The notes under the pieces: model-generated
Seen by the model: only the letters and a program-made list of their open reading frames with translations
Told to the model about the DNA's origin: nothing
Databases searched by the model: none
Shown: in pieces, positions 11,253 through 23,545 of the stretch
Position numbering within the stretch: the first letter of the stretch is position 1
How the letters are laid out: each line of letters opens with the position of its first letter
Origin: Octopus sinensis
Taxonomy: Eukaryota
NCBI RefSeq assembly: GCF_006345805.1
Contig: NW_021826225.1
Coordinates: forward strand, 1-36,042
Reading direction: 5' to 3'
DNA: 36,042 nt
Position numbers and translations under genes: made by a program

Positions 11253-11317
11253 ATAAAGAGACAACAGCTGATATATTTTCTCTGGAGACATGCCGCTGCC
11301 TTATTGAGAGATATAAT
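11253..11317 (+). CDS. Calpain exon (65 nt), EF-hand 2 entering helix
   Basis: tttcgtttccag|AT...AAT|gtatcc. Encodes (D)KETTADIFSLETCRCLIERYN, matching the calpain FSLETCRSM motif. The 65-nt size matches the classical calpain exon pattern as recalled. Confidence 0.92.
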
Positions 11318-11551
11318 GTATCCTTTCGATGGTGATGGTCATAAGTCAATTGTTTTGGTTGTCATTATTCAACATGTTCATGAGATGATATATACACACA
11401 AAGAGAGGATGCACACACATACACCATCACATACTATCTCACACCACCACCACCACCACCACCTCCTCCTCCTCCACCACACAACAAAACGATAATCTCT
11501 AATATATCGCATAATCCACTTGTTGACCTTGACCTTGGCTTTTCTCACCAG

Positions 11552-11620
11552 AAATCACGTGATGGATTACTGACTCTGGATGACACAAAGGAATGCTGGG
11601 ACTTTTTGAACATGTGTCAG
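11552..11620 (+). CDS. Calpain exon (69 nt), EF-hand 2 loop/exit helix
   Basis: ttctcaccag|AAA...CAG|gtgacc. Phase 0 to 0, encodes KSRDGLLTLDDTKECWDFLNMCQ. Confidence 0.88.
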
Positions 11621-11955
11621 GTGACCATTTTGATTGGCCAATTAATTTTTTTTTTTTTGTATAATAATAAAACCATGTTTCCTTTGTGTCTTAGTAAATA
11701 AGAAGAAACCAAAAACAAACAATGTGAAAATTAAAACAAGCACTTAGATTAAAGAAGTTTGGCAGCGGCGAGTTTTGCAACATAAAGAAACTAAAAGTCA
11801 ACCTAAAGTAATCTCCCTTGAAGTTGTAGATCCAACGCCACAGTAGCACCAAAGTTCCAGTAAATAAAAGAAAAGCTCAATTTGTAGAGTTTAAGTCGAG
11901 ATACCGAAGCTGCAACTCGAGCTTCATGTTCAAGCGTCGCTAGTGATAGCTAGTA

Positions 11956-12580
11956 TTAGGTCGTCAAGCATGAACTTTGTAGTAAAAAAAAAAAATATTT
12001 GCTAATGTTTTATAAATACAAGGAATAGTTTTATTCATCAAAGTATGCACCCATATTGTCAATACACTTTTGCCATTTCAGCAGTAGCTTGTCCAGCTGG
12101 GAACTCTAAAAACCTGGCAATCTAGAGTCAATAAAATCTTGGAAGGCCTGTTTTACAGCATTGTGGGAATCAAATTGTTTTCCTATCAAAAAGCTATCCA
12201 AATTCTGGAAGAAGTGGTAGTCAGTGGGGGCAAGATCAGGTGATTATGGTGGATGATGGCGAACTTCAAACTCCAACTCCTGTAGTTTCGCCAATGTCAT
12301 TTTTGCGATGTGTCGTCTGGCGCTGTCTTGCATTAAAAGTGGATCTATTGACTAATCTAGGCCGTTTTTTTAGTTTTGTAAGTTTCTGTATCATTTGGTC
12401 CAGTTGGCTGCAGTATACCTCGGCCGTCATTGATGAGCCAGGTTTAATGAAACCATAATGGATAACATGCGCCAGACCACCAAATGCACACCATCAGCTT
12501 CTTTTGATGAATTTTGCTTTTTGGACTGTCTTTTGGTGGCTCATCTTTGTCCACCCATTGTGCTGAAAAATGTCGATTTG
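11956..12580 (-). mobile_element. Mariner (Tc1/mariner) transposon remnant, 3' half with TIR
   Basis: Minus-strand translation SAQWVDKDEPPKDSPKSKIHQKKLMV...HHPP*SPDLAPTDYHFFQNLD...KWQKCIDNMGAYFDE*. TA followed by TIR ttaggtcgtcaagcatgaactttgtagt at 11954-11983. Confidence 0.85.
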
Positions 12581-12782
12581 ATGGCGGGAGGAAATTTTAT
12601 ACGTAACACAAACATTTGAGCGCTATAAAGCAAGAAATCGGTGAACCATAATAGAAGTAAGTGTTTAAGCGAAGGTGACGGCCTTGATGCGTTTCCGGTT
12701 CACTTCTGTCTTCCGTTTTGAAAACATTTTTGCTTCATCATACGATCTCAGATCAAAATACCATTCATCTACATGTGTGTGT

Positions 12783-12816
<34 letters not shown>

Positions 12817-12878
12817 TATCACATTCTCATGCTCTGTTCTATACCCCCCCTCTTTTTCTTCTACTCTTTCTTTTCCAG

Positions 12879-12957
12879 AGACACTTCCGGTTCTGTGACT
12901 TGGACGATTCTGGAGCGGTGGACATTCACGAGTTGTTGCCTTATTACGACCTTACCC
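12879..12957 (+). CDS. Calpain exon (79 nt), EF-hand 3
   Basis: ttttccag|AGA...ACCC|gtaatt. Encodes RHFRFCDLDDSGAVDIHELLPYYDLT with a canonical loop D-L-D-D-S-G-A-V-D-I-H-E. Phase 0 to 1. Confidence 0.92.
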
Positions 12958-13062
12958 GTAATTATTTTATATTTTGCTTCTTTTCAAATGCAGTGTGTGT
13001 CAGGTGTTTACATACATGCACAGACACACTTGCGCGCGCACACAGACACAACCAATACATAC

Positions 13063-13100
<38 letters not shown>

Positions 13101-13489
13101 CTGTGTGTGTGTGTGTGTTTACAGATAGATATATATATATACAGATTTATATATATACAGACATAGATAAGTTTCTTTATTGGCCACACAGGGCTGCACA
13201 CAGATGGGACAAGTTACAAGGTAGAGCTTTTCTTTTGGGGGATGAAAAAAACAAAAAACAAAAGAAACAAAAAAAAAGGGGGTGGCGTAGGTTTTCGATC
13301 AAGAGGGATCGTAAAAGGGAAGAAAAGAACAAAAAAAAATAAATAAAATAAAATAAAATAAAAAATTTTAAAATAAAAATAAAAAAGAAAAGGAAAAGGA
13401 ACAAAAGAAAAGAGAAATGAAAAAAGAAGAAAAAAGGAGAAAAAAAGGGGAAGAGGAAAAAAACGATCAATAGGGATCGTGTATCACAG

Positions 13490-13810
13490 TGTTATGATAT
13501 ATGGTGTAAAGGGGAAAGCAAGTAAGGTTTATCCGTGGGAAGAAAAGCCTACCAAAAAAGACCACGGTAACCTTGGTCAATATTGTTATATGTTACCACA
13601 TTTGTTTGCAAGTGGGTAACCCTCTGTTTTCAATTTCTGGGTTCATAGGATTATGCTGAAGGTGGCTTCGTCATTCATACGTGCCATCCTTGCTACATTC
13701 ACCCATCTTTTTTTAAAACATTCGCTAGACAAAACTTGCCTCTCTACTCTCACTTTCCTTTTCAAGTGGTACTTGAAGAAGTTGATCAAAGATTGACCAG
13801 AGAGGAAAGT
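13490..13810 (-). mobile_element. Probable 3' end of an L1/Tx1-like LINE
   Basis: Minus-strand ORF end FLSGQSLINFFKYHLKRKVRVERQVLSSECFKKRWVNVARM...*, resembling LINE C-termini from memory. Abuts (GATA)n. Confidence 0.4.
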
Positions 13811-13811
13811 G

Positions 13812-13877
<66 letters not shown>

Positions 13878-13904
13878 TAGATAGATAGATAGATAGATAG
13901 ATAG

Positions 13905-13977
<73 letters not shown>

Positions 13978-13978
13978 C
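13812..13978. repeat. (GATA)n microsatellite
   Basis: Directly visible. Confidence 0.95.
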
Positions 13979-13994
13979 ACACATATGACCTAGG

Positions 13995-14222
13995 GAACGC
14001 TGTGCCTAGCGCCACAAGCTTCTGCACAAGCTGCATTGAGTGGACAGGGGCGTTGTGGTGTTGTCATGGTGCAATCGCCACTAACTGGACGCATGTAATT
14101 GTGGCCTTTTCTGACAAATAGCATCCCACAAACGCCACGGTCGTACCCCTTGTTTGCTGTCGACCAGGTAGAACATACTCATGAGGAACAATCCACTTGT
14201 AGTCAAAGAAAATGGTCAACTG
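13995..14222 (-). mobile_element. Second mariner transposase fragment (different family)
   Basis: Minus-strand LTIFFDYKWIVPHEYVLPG...DAICQKRPQLHAS...WRLHHDN...SMQLVQKL. Confidence 0.65.
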
Positions 14223-14225
14223 TGT

Positions 14226-14430
14226 ATGCATGTGTGTGTGTGTCTGTTTATACTCCTACCGTTTGACAACATATGTTGAGATTTTTGTGTCCCCATAACC
14301 AAGTGGTTCGGCTAAGAGTGACAATTAGAATAAGTGCCCTGCTTCAAAATACAGGTGTCGATTTGTGCAACAAAACCCTTCGAGGTGGCACCTAGCACGG
14401 TCGCAGTCCAATGACTGAAACAAGCAAGAT
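14226..14430 (+). mobile_element. Degraded 3' half of a family-A-like SINE
   Basis: ggttcggctaagag...tagaataagt...gtcgatttg...gcagtccaatgactgaaacaag, similar to 24510-24640. Confidence 0.55.
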
Positions 14431-14702
14431 ATAATTCTCCAATAATTGCGTCCGTTTTGGGTCGGACTACATGAGATTACGTGATGTTATACGAGACTAG
14501 AAAATATATTGCTACTCAGATAAGTGGAGGACAGTCATTTTGAGACATCTTGAATTGTTATCTCCCTTGCACGGACCTTGATTTTTGCAAGTATTTGCGT
14601 TCACTTCCGATTAAATGCATTGTACAAGAACAGTCATACAACAGACCAGCCGCCTAATATCGTGTCTACGTATTAATACACTGTGCATCCATCTCTTTAC
14701 AG

Positions 14703-14819
14703 ACGGTAAACTTAATAAATGTGTTGCAGTCAACATTTGCATCAGATACGCTGATCAAAATGGTCGTATGTTCTTCGATGATTTCTGCCAGAGCGTTACA
14801 CGTTTAAGGACGCTCACCA
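14703..14819 (+). CDS. Calpain exon (117 nt), EF-hand 4
   Basis: ctctttacag|AC...ACCA|gtaagt. Encodes (H)GKLNKCVAVNICIRYADQNGRMFFDDFCQSVTRLRTLT, matching the calpain RYADxxxxIDFDDF motif. Phase 1 to 1. Confidence 0.93.
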
Positions 14820-14939
14820 GTAAGTTGTCTCCCTTGCTATTTATCCAACGTTTTTCGCTCTCTCTCTCTCTCTCTCTCTCACTCACTTTCTCGCTCTTTC
14901 TATGTATCTATTCATATACATACTTATGTATATATATAT

Positions 14940-15225
14940 AGCCTTTTCGCTTCGGACCAGCGCCACGATAACATCGCTTTCTTCGTCTGCTGTAAAGCAT
15001 TATTTTTCAAATACGCCGGCTGAGTTCAATTCGTCTAAGTCGAATTATTATTATTATTGTTGTTTTTTTTAATAATATTCGTATTATTTTTTTTGTATTT
15101 ATATACGTGTAACATCGTCCGTTTTTCTGTCCTTGTTTCGTATACATTCGGTCCTTTTTCCATGAAATCTAATGCTCGTAGCTTAGTTTTTCCTTGCGAC
15201 GGGCCAGATCGGAGCAACACAGAAG
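14940..15225 (-). mobile_element. Interspersed repeat fragment related to 900-1190 (probably Penelope-associated)
   Basis: Shares ttttcaaatacgcc, ttgtttcgtatacattcg and gcttagtttttccttg with 950-1160. Minus-strand peptides GKTKLRALDFMEKGPNVYET and GKTKPQALNFLERGSNVYET are similar. Confidence 0.55.
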
Positions 15226-15289
15226 CCGACAGTAAAAAGATGTGGAAGATCCAATTGCGGGATATGCGATTATCTAATTGAGGGTTCAG

Positions 15290-15610
15290 AGTTCTCCTTC
15301 AAACAGGGACAACGTTTCACAGTGAAAAGCAACTTCACATGTGCTTTGGAGAACCTGATATACACACTAACCTGCTCTGGGTGTCAAGAGCAATACATAG
15401 GCCAAACAAAAAATAGTTTACGTAAAAGAATGGCCCTGCACAGATCCCAGATAAAAATTCCCCAAAACAGAAAAATAGCATTCAGCCAACAACAAAACTC
15501 CAAGATTCAGGACTTTCCCTATCTACCAATTCAGGGACGATACAATCTCGAACCAACGAATAAGTAAAGAAACTCCCTTTATTACAAAATACAGGCCCCT
15601 TCTGAACGCA
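15290..15610 (+). mobile_element. Penelope-like GIY-YIG endonuclease remnant
   Basis: FTCALENLIYTLTCSGCQEQYIGQTKNSLRKRMALHRSQI, then after a frameshift KETPFITKYRPLLN. Confidence 0.85.
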
Positions 15611-15782
15611 TCTACGACAAACGATATATCCACCTAAGCTTTAGAATAACACAGATACACACGCAAATATTACATTCCTAAGAATCCATTAAAAATCAGC
15701 CCCAATCACAGCTATAACATACAACGTGCCAACTTTAAATCATCCAACATCCCACTACTTCCACGCATTCATATTCTCCCTT

Positions 15783-15804
15783 CTCTTTCTTCTTCTTCTT
15801 CTTC

Positions 15805-15842
<38 letters not shown>

Positions 15843-16010
15843 TCATCATCATTATCGTCATTGTCATCATCATCATCTTCTTCTTCTTCTTCTTTCTTCT
15901 TCTTCTTCTTCTTCTTCATCATCATCATTATCGTCATCGTCATCATCATCTTCTTTTCTTCTTCTTCTTCTTCTTCTTCTTCTTCTTCTTCTCCTCCTCC
16001 CCCTCCTCTT
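15783..16010. repeat. Compound (CTT)n/(CAT)n microsatellite
   Basis: Directly visible. Confidence 0.9.
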
Positions 16011-16333
16011 CCAAACTTTATCACTAATGCTTTTTAGTATAACACCTACGCAAATTCTATAAACAAACCTTTCAATAGAAATATTTTCATAAATTGAACA
16101 GCAGGATCTGCTAGCAACCACTGACCAACGACAATCAAGGCAATCCAAAATTCTTCCTCCCCTTCTCCCCCTCCTCCTCCTCCTCCTTCTTCGTCCCTAC
16201 CAAGAATTCACATGGACCTTGAACCCACAAGAGTAAACAAGAGAGACAGAGAAAGGCAGAAACAAGGAAAATGCCTCTTATATTTGAACTCTATACAAAT
16301 ATTCTTTTAAAAAAACTTTGCTTTTAATTTTTC

Positions 16334-16388
<55 letters not shown>

Positions 16389-16486
16389 TAAATGAGTCCT
16401 TCTCTGTTGCTGTTGTTGTTGCTTAGCGCCAGGTCAGTCTTGATCTGACAGACCCGTGACGAAAGGTTTTTCCAGCTATGACCATC

Positions 16487-16519
16487 ATAATAATAATAAT
16501 AATAACAACAAGAATAATG

Positions 16520-16565
<46 letters not shown>

Positions 16566-16568
16566 CAA

Positions 16569-16604
<36 letters not shown>

Positions 16605-16618
16605 CAACAACAATAATG

Positions 16619-16667
<49 letters not shown>

Positions 16668-16675
16668 TAATAATG

Positions 16676-16720
<45 letters not shown>

Positions 16721-16746
16721 TAGTAGTAGTAATAATAATAATAATA
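16487..16746. repeat. (AAT)n tract, target of the retrotransposon stack
   Basis: Further (AAT)n runs at 18144-18240, 22200-22271 and 22877-22960. Confidence 0.95.
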
Positions 16747-18143
16747 ATGAACTAGATAAGACACAACACACAAATGAAAGAGAAAATTAAAAAAAGAATA
16801 TTATAGACGAGTTAGATCAATACTAAAAGCAGAGCTCAATGCTAAAAACAAGATAATAGGTATTAATACTTTAGCTGTCCCAGTTATAAGTTACAGCTAC
16901 AATATCCTTAACTGGACACTAAATGAACTGACCAAAATAGACAGGAAAACAAGAAAAATAATGCATCACCCAAAATCTGACATAGAAAGACTATATATAC
17001 AACGTATAGAAGGTGGTAGAGGCCTTATACAGCTGGAAAACTACTATAAAATAACCACCATAGGACAGCAAAAAATCTACTTCAGAAGGAAGGAAAACTG
17101 ATACAAATAGCGGCAAAACACGAGCAAAACAAAACTGTTCTCAGTATTTAAGGAAGCTGACAAATACAAACAAGAAATCATACCACCTAATAATATGAAG
17201 AAGAAGAAGATGAAGAAACAACAAAACTATAAACAAATGAAATCCAAACTAAAAATAGAACAGCAACAAACCATGATAAAACGATGGCAAGAAAAGCCCC
17301 TTCATGGTAAATGCTGGACTAAACTAAACGCAAAAGAAATAGACAAAGAAAAATCCCAAATGGTTGAGAAGCTCAGGACTCAAAGCAGAGACAGAGGGAT
17401 TTTAATTGCAGCACAAGACCAAAGCTCCCCACCAGAAGTTACCAAAACATGTAATGAAAAGAAATATAACTAGTAACTGCAGAATATGTGGAGATGGACA
17501 AAAACAATAAATCATATTATCTCTAGCTGCCCAGTCCTGGCTAAGAAGGAATATATTCACAGACATGACAGAGTTGGAACCTACATACACTGGGAGCTAT
17601 GCCAACATTATGGAATAACAACAGAAAAAAGATGGTATAGGCACACACCAGAAAAGGTCACAGAAAACGAGAAAGCAACCATACTCTGGGATATGCCGAT
17701 ACACACAGATAGAGAAATTAAGGCCAACAGACCAGATATAGTTGTCAGAGATCATGAAGAAAAAAAATGCTTTCTAATTGATGTATCAATACCGGCAGAT
17801 GACAACGAATCTCTAAAAGAAATGGAGAAACTTTCAAAATACAAAGACCTGGAAATAGAGGTAACCAGAATGTGGAATCTAAAAACAGAAACAATTCCTA
17901 TCATAGTAGGTGCATTAGGCATGATAAAAAAATATTCAGACAAATACATAACAAAAACACCAGGACTTACAAACACATATAACATACAGAAAATTGCACT
18001 ACTAGGCACTGCACACATCCTACGCAGAACTCTTTCCATACAATAACCATCAGAGCATCACAACAAATCACAGCACATACCCAAGGCACACAGAGCTGCG
18101 CTCGGTAGTGAAGTGAAAGCACGCTATAAAAATAAAACTACTG
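16747..18143 (+). mobile_element. 5'-truncated R4/Dong-type non-LTR retrotransposon (RLE clade), copy 1
   Basis: C-terminal CCHC knuckle (CRICG...NHIISSC) and PD-(D/E)xK endonuclease (RPDIVVRDHEEKKCFLIDVSIP...KLSKYKDL). Near-identical to 20774-22199 and flanked by (AAT)n on both sides. Confidence 0.92.
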
Positions 18144-18147
18144 AATG

Positions 18148-18240
<93 letters not shown>

Positions 18241-18243
<3 letters not shown>

Positions 18244-21200
18244 CCGGGGACGTTTAAGGAGTGAACACCGGGGACGTTTAAGATGTAAGAAAGAAAATAC
18301 AAAGCTCCGAAATCTATCCACAAACATCGAAAACAAGGACATCCTATGGAGCCAAAGATTTACTAACAAAGAATTGGACTGTATCCGAGTAAGTAATACT
18401 AATTGAAATTTATTACTACTTTCGAAACGAAATGATGAATTTTGACTCGATATTATCTCCACCACTAACACAACACATGTAAACATGCGTGGAACATCAC
18501 GATCATTCCCGACCTCAACACCATGTACAAAGGAACTACGAAGAAATTAAATGCCACCGATACTATTCAACCCAAGAATAACAATCGGGAGGTACGTACA
18601 TTAAACTTACAACAAAAAATGTACGAAAAACTACACGTGCGAAATAATGTGACAACAGAAATAAACGGACCAGTACCCTACGAAATGACGACCGTCAAAA
18701 TAATGGGCGGACGTTGTACCTCATGTCCCGCAAATAAAACCCAAAAGACGTAAATGGACACGTGAGGAATACATTTCTATCTTACACGCATACTTCACAG
18801 CAGTACTCTACCCAAAAAATGAAAATACAACAACACATACATATAAAATATGGAAGGAAAATAATAGAGATATAGACTTGGATACAGCAATGAATCCTAA
18901 TAAATTAGCTAACGTACGAAGATACATTCTCAACACAAAAAAATATCAGAAATAGAAATAGAACACCTAAAAGAAAACTACACCAGGAAATGTAGATAGA
19001 AGCCACACAACAATGCCCAATAAATAAACACTGAAACTGTAAAACACGAAGACAAACGCAACATTCCCAACAAACACGATGTAAACAACGAAAGGGACCC
19101 TAATGATTATGATATTATAAATAAAAAATAAATAATCTAGAACTGAAAACCACAGAGCCCAAAATGGACCACCGACATACCTCCCAAGAATAAAAATAAA
19201 CGAAATAACAACACCAATTATAACAGCATAAACCTAGCCGTCACTGAACTAGCCACTGAAACAAAAAAAAAGTGATATCACTGAACTGAATGACTTGATA
19301 TACGCAGCAGCCACTGCAGCCACAAGAAGCTGGATACTCACCCAAACCCGCCCAAACAGAGTACCACCACCCAAACAAACCCTGAGGATAAATAACATCC
19401 AAAACAAAATTTAAAAAATTAGAAAAGACCTGTCGATCCTAATGAAATCAGCAAACAATCAACGCTACTGAGCAACAAAAAGAGAACAAAAATGCTCCGC
19501 AATATAACATCACAGAAAAGATTTGCCGGAGATAAAAGAAAAGCTGAAGCAAGATATCCTTGCCAAGCTCAAAGGATCCGCCGGTACGAGAACGCCAACG
19601 CTTCTTGAACAGAACAAAAGTTCAACACCAACCCCAAAAAGTTCTACCAAGATCTGGGAAAAATAAAATAGAAGTCACTGCAGCACCAACGGCAGAAGAA
19701 TTGGAAGAATTCTGGAAAGAAATATGGTCGGCGAACGAACAGCCAAAAAAAAAAGAGTATCAAAATAAACAAACTCGGCATCTGAACAACTTTGGACCCC
19801 CATAACAACTGAAGAGGTTACCCAGGCACTGCAAAAACTAAGCAACTGGAAGGCACCTGGCATGACAAGATCCCCAACTTCTGGTTGAATTATCTAACAG
19901 GAATGCACAAAAAGCTGGCTGAAAACTTTAACAGCATACTAGCAGAGCCAGAGACAATGCCTGAATGGCTCACGAAGGGGAAAACCATCTTAATTCCAAA
20001 TCAAATGAAACAGCAAAACCAGAAAACCAGACCAATAACCTGCCTCCCTACTATGTTCAAGGCATTTACTGCAGTGATATCGCAAAGGCTGAACAAGCAC
20101 CTGGACGAAACAAACTGTTCCCAGAAGAGCAGAAAGGATGCCGCAAAGGCTCATATGGCTGTAAAGATCAACTAATGATTAATAAAGCCGTAACTGAAGA
20201 CAGCCACAGAAAGAAGAAAGGCCTCAGTATGGCCTGGATTGACTACAAAAAGGCGTTTGATAGCATCCCCCACACATGGATCCTGAAACACTAGCCATTA
20301 ACAAAGTAGCACCAACAATCATAAAATTCATAGAGCACTCTATGAATAAATGGCAAACAGTCCTACACCTCCAAACAAAAGAGGGACTCATGAAAACCAA
20401 AGACATCCCCATTAGAAGAGGAATATTCCAGGGAGACACGCTCTCTCCACTCTTTTCTGCTGGCACTGTCACCTCTATCTGATATGCTAAATAGAACTGG
20501 ATGCGGATATAAATGTTACGGCAAAACGATCAGCCACCTTTTATATATGGATGACCTAAAACTATATGCTGCAAATGACAAACAGCTGGAAACACTATTA
20601 AAGACAGTTCATGGATTTACCAAAGAAATAGATATGAAATTTGGATTAGAAAAATGCGCCAAAGTAGACATGAAAAGAGGAAAACTAGTTAAGAGTAGCA
20701 ACATCACACTAGATAAAAACCAATGAAATAAAAGAATTAGACCAAAGCCAAACTTACAAATACTTAGGAATCCATGAACTAGATAAGACACAACACACAC
20801 AAATGAAAGAGAAAATAAAAAAAGAATATTATAGACGAGTTAGATCAATACTAAAAACAGAGCTCAATGCTAAAACAAGATAATAGGTATCAACACTTTA
20901 GCTGTCCCAGTTATAAGTTACAGCTACAATATCCTTAACTGGACACGAAATGAACTGTCCAAAATAGATAGGAAAAACAAAAAAATACTGACAGGATCTA
21001 GGATGCATCACCCAAAACCTGACATAGAAAGACTATATATACAACGTATAGAAGGTGGTAGAGGCCTTATACAGCTGGAAAACTACTATAAAATAACCAC
21101 CATAGGACTGCAAAAATACCTACTTCAGAAGGAAGGAAAACTGATCCAGATAGCAGCAAAACACGAGCAAAACAAAAAACTGTTCTCAGTATTTAAGGAA

Positions 21201-22196
21201 GCTGACAAATACAAACAAGAAATCATACCACCTAATAAACACGAAGAAGAAGAAGAAGAGATGATGAAGAAACAACAAAAGCTATAAAACAAATGAAATC
21301 CAAACTAAATAGAACAGCAACGAACCATGATAAAACGATGGCAAGAAAAGCCCCTCATGGTAAATACTGCACTAAACTAAACGCAAAAGAAATAGACAAA
21401 GAAAAATCCCAGCAATGGTTGAGAAGCTCAGGACTCAAAGCAGAAACAGAGGGATTTTTAATTGCAGCACAAGACCAAAGCCTCCCCACCAGAAGTTACC
21501 AAAAACATGTAATGAAAAGAAATATTACAAGTAACTGCAGAATATGAGGAGATGGACAAGAAACAATAAATCATATTATCTCTAGCTGCCCAGTCCTGGC
21601 TAAGAAGGAATATATTCACAGACATGACAGAGTTGGAACCTACATACATGGAAGCTATGCCAACATTATGGAATAACAACAGAAAAAAGATGGTATAGGC
21701 ACACACCAGAAAAGGTCACAGAAAACGAGAAAGCAACCATACTCTGGGATTGCCGATACACACAGATAGAGAAATTAAGGCCAACAGACCAGATATAGTT
21801 GTCAGAGATCATGAAGAAAAAAATGCTTTCTAATTGATGTATCAATACCGGCAGATGACAACGTGTCTCTAAAAGAAATGGAGAAACTCTCAAAATACAA
21901 AAAGACCTGGAAATAGAGGTAACTAGAATGTGGAATCTGAAAACGGAAACAATTCCTATCATAGTAGGTGCATTAGGCATGATAAAAATATTCAGATAAA
22001 TACATAACAAAAACACCAGGACTTACAAACACATATAACATACAGAAAATTGCACTACTAGGCACTGCACACATCCTACGCAGAACACTTTCCATACAAT
22101 AACCATCAGAGCATCACAACAAATCACAGCACATACCCAAGGCACACAGAGCTGCGCTCGGTAGTGAAGTGAAAGCACGCTATAAAAATAAAACTA

Positions 22197-22199
<3 letters not shown>
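18241..22199 (+). mobile_element. Near-full-length R4/Dong-type non-LTR retrotransposon, copy 2 (frameshifted)
   Basis: N-terminal KWTREEYISILHAYF motif; RT motifs AWIDYKKAFDSIPH, IFQGDTLSPL and HLLYMDDLKLYA; zinc knuckle and RLE domain; (AAT)n tail. Confidence 0.93.
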
Positions 22200-22271
<72 letters not shown>

Positions 22272-22272
<1 letters not shown>

Positions 22273-22876
22273 TCCACCTCCAGTGCTTGAAAATGACCAC
22301 ATCTCACTCCTCTAGAACTTCACCATTCAAACTGACAGGAAGATAGATACAAATAGGCCAGACATCATATTGAAAGACTTCAGACAAAGAACATGCCTCC
22401 TCATTGATATGACTGTCCCAATCGATATAAACGTATCTGTCAAGACCTACCAAAACTGAGCAATATAAAGATCTTGAAAAAGAAATCAGCAAAATGTGGA
22501 AGCTGAAGACTAAAACAATACCTGTTGTCATAGGTGCCTGGGAATGATAGCAAAAGGGCTGATAGCTACCTAACTCAGATACCAGGAAACCCAAAAATGG
22601 CAGAAGTTCAAAAGATAGTGCTCTGGGAACTGCTCATATCCTACGCAAAATACTCTCTATGTAACCTCAAGGTTTAAAACAACCATAATTTTCGGTTTAA
22701 AAAAAAAAAAAAAAAAAAAAAACTTTTTTTTTTAGACATTCATTAGTACAAACATCCCCACCCCCAATATATGGCACACTAGGCATAACAACAACATGAA
22801 CTTCCAACCCTTTTCTCTAGAGGTCTCTGGGTGAGACTTGGAGCCACTTGTACAATATAAAGCAAAATCAACATAG
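22272..22876 (+). mobile_element. 3' fragment of a second RLE-clade non-LTR family, copy 3
   Basis: Translates as TIQTDRKIDTNRPDIILKDFRQRTCLLIDMTVP...KMWKLKTKTIPVVIGA...GTAHILRKILSM* with frameshifts. The 3' UTR is distinct from copies 1 and 2; (AAT)n tail 22877-22960. Confidence 0.85.
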
Positions 22877-22897
22877 AATAATAATAATAATGATAAT

Positions 22898-22960
<63 letters not shown>

Positions 22961-22979
22961 CTTTGACTTTCTCTTCCAG

Positions 22980-23023
22980 AGGTATATTTGAAGCATGCTA
23001 GCGATGACGTGACCTTCACTTCG
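22980..23023 (+). CDS. Calpain exon (44 nt), shortened EF-hand 5
   Basis: ctttctcttccag|AG...TCG|gtaagt. Phase 1 to 0, encodes (K)VYLKHASDDVTFTS. It is the only strong phase-compatible exon I found between 14819 and the terminal exon. Confidence 0.72.
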
Positions 23024-23112
23024 GTAAGTATCTAAATCCGCACCGTCATTATCAACAACATCATCATCGTTATCATCATCACCATCATCAACATTATCAC
23101 CAACATCGTGAC

Positions 23113-23153
<41 letters not shown>

Positions 23154-23287
23154 ACACAATTGTCACCATCATAATCCCTTTCATTAAAATCACCATCGCC
23201 ACCGCTTACCCATCATCATCATCAGCAGCAGCAGTAGTATGGTCGTCGTCATCATCATCGTTGTTGTTGTTGTTGTTGTTGTTGTTA

Positions 23288-23499
23288 AGGTGGCGAGCTG
23301 GCGCCGAACTGTTAGCACGCCGGACGAAATGTTAAGCGGCATTTCGTCCGTCTTTATGTTCTGAGCTCAAATCCGCCAAGGCTGACTTTACCTTCATCCT
23401 TCAGGGTCGATAAATTAAGTACCAGTCATGTACAGGGGTCGATGTAATCGACTTAGCCTCTCCACAGAAATTTCAGGCCTTATGCCATCAGTAGAACGG

Positions 23500-23543
<44 letters not shown>

Positions 23544-23545
23544 AA
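23288..23545 (+). mobile_element. tRNA-derived SINE, family C, with an (ATT)n tail
   Basis: ggtggcgagctggc...gagctcaaatcc...ccttcatccttcagggtcgataaattaagtaccag. The central part resembles the MetaSINE/MESC-type core as recalled. Confidence 0.65.

Noticed and set aside
12430-12462. TGATGA...GAAAC hammerhead-like string
   Set aside because: It lies in the antisense of mariner coding sequence and the stems do not pair; coincidence.
17486-18046. Stand-alone host nuclease gene
   Set aside because: It is the RLE domain of the retrotransposon and is duplicated at ~21540-22100.
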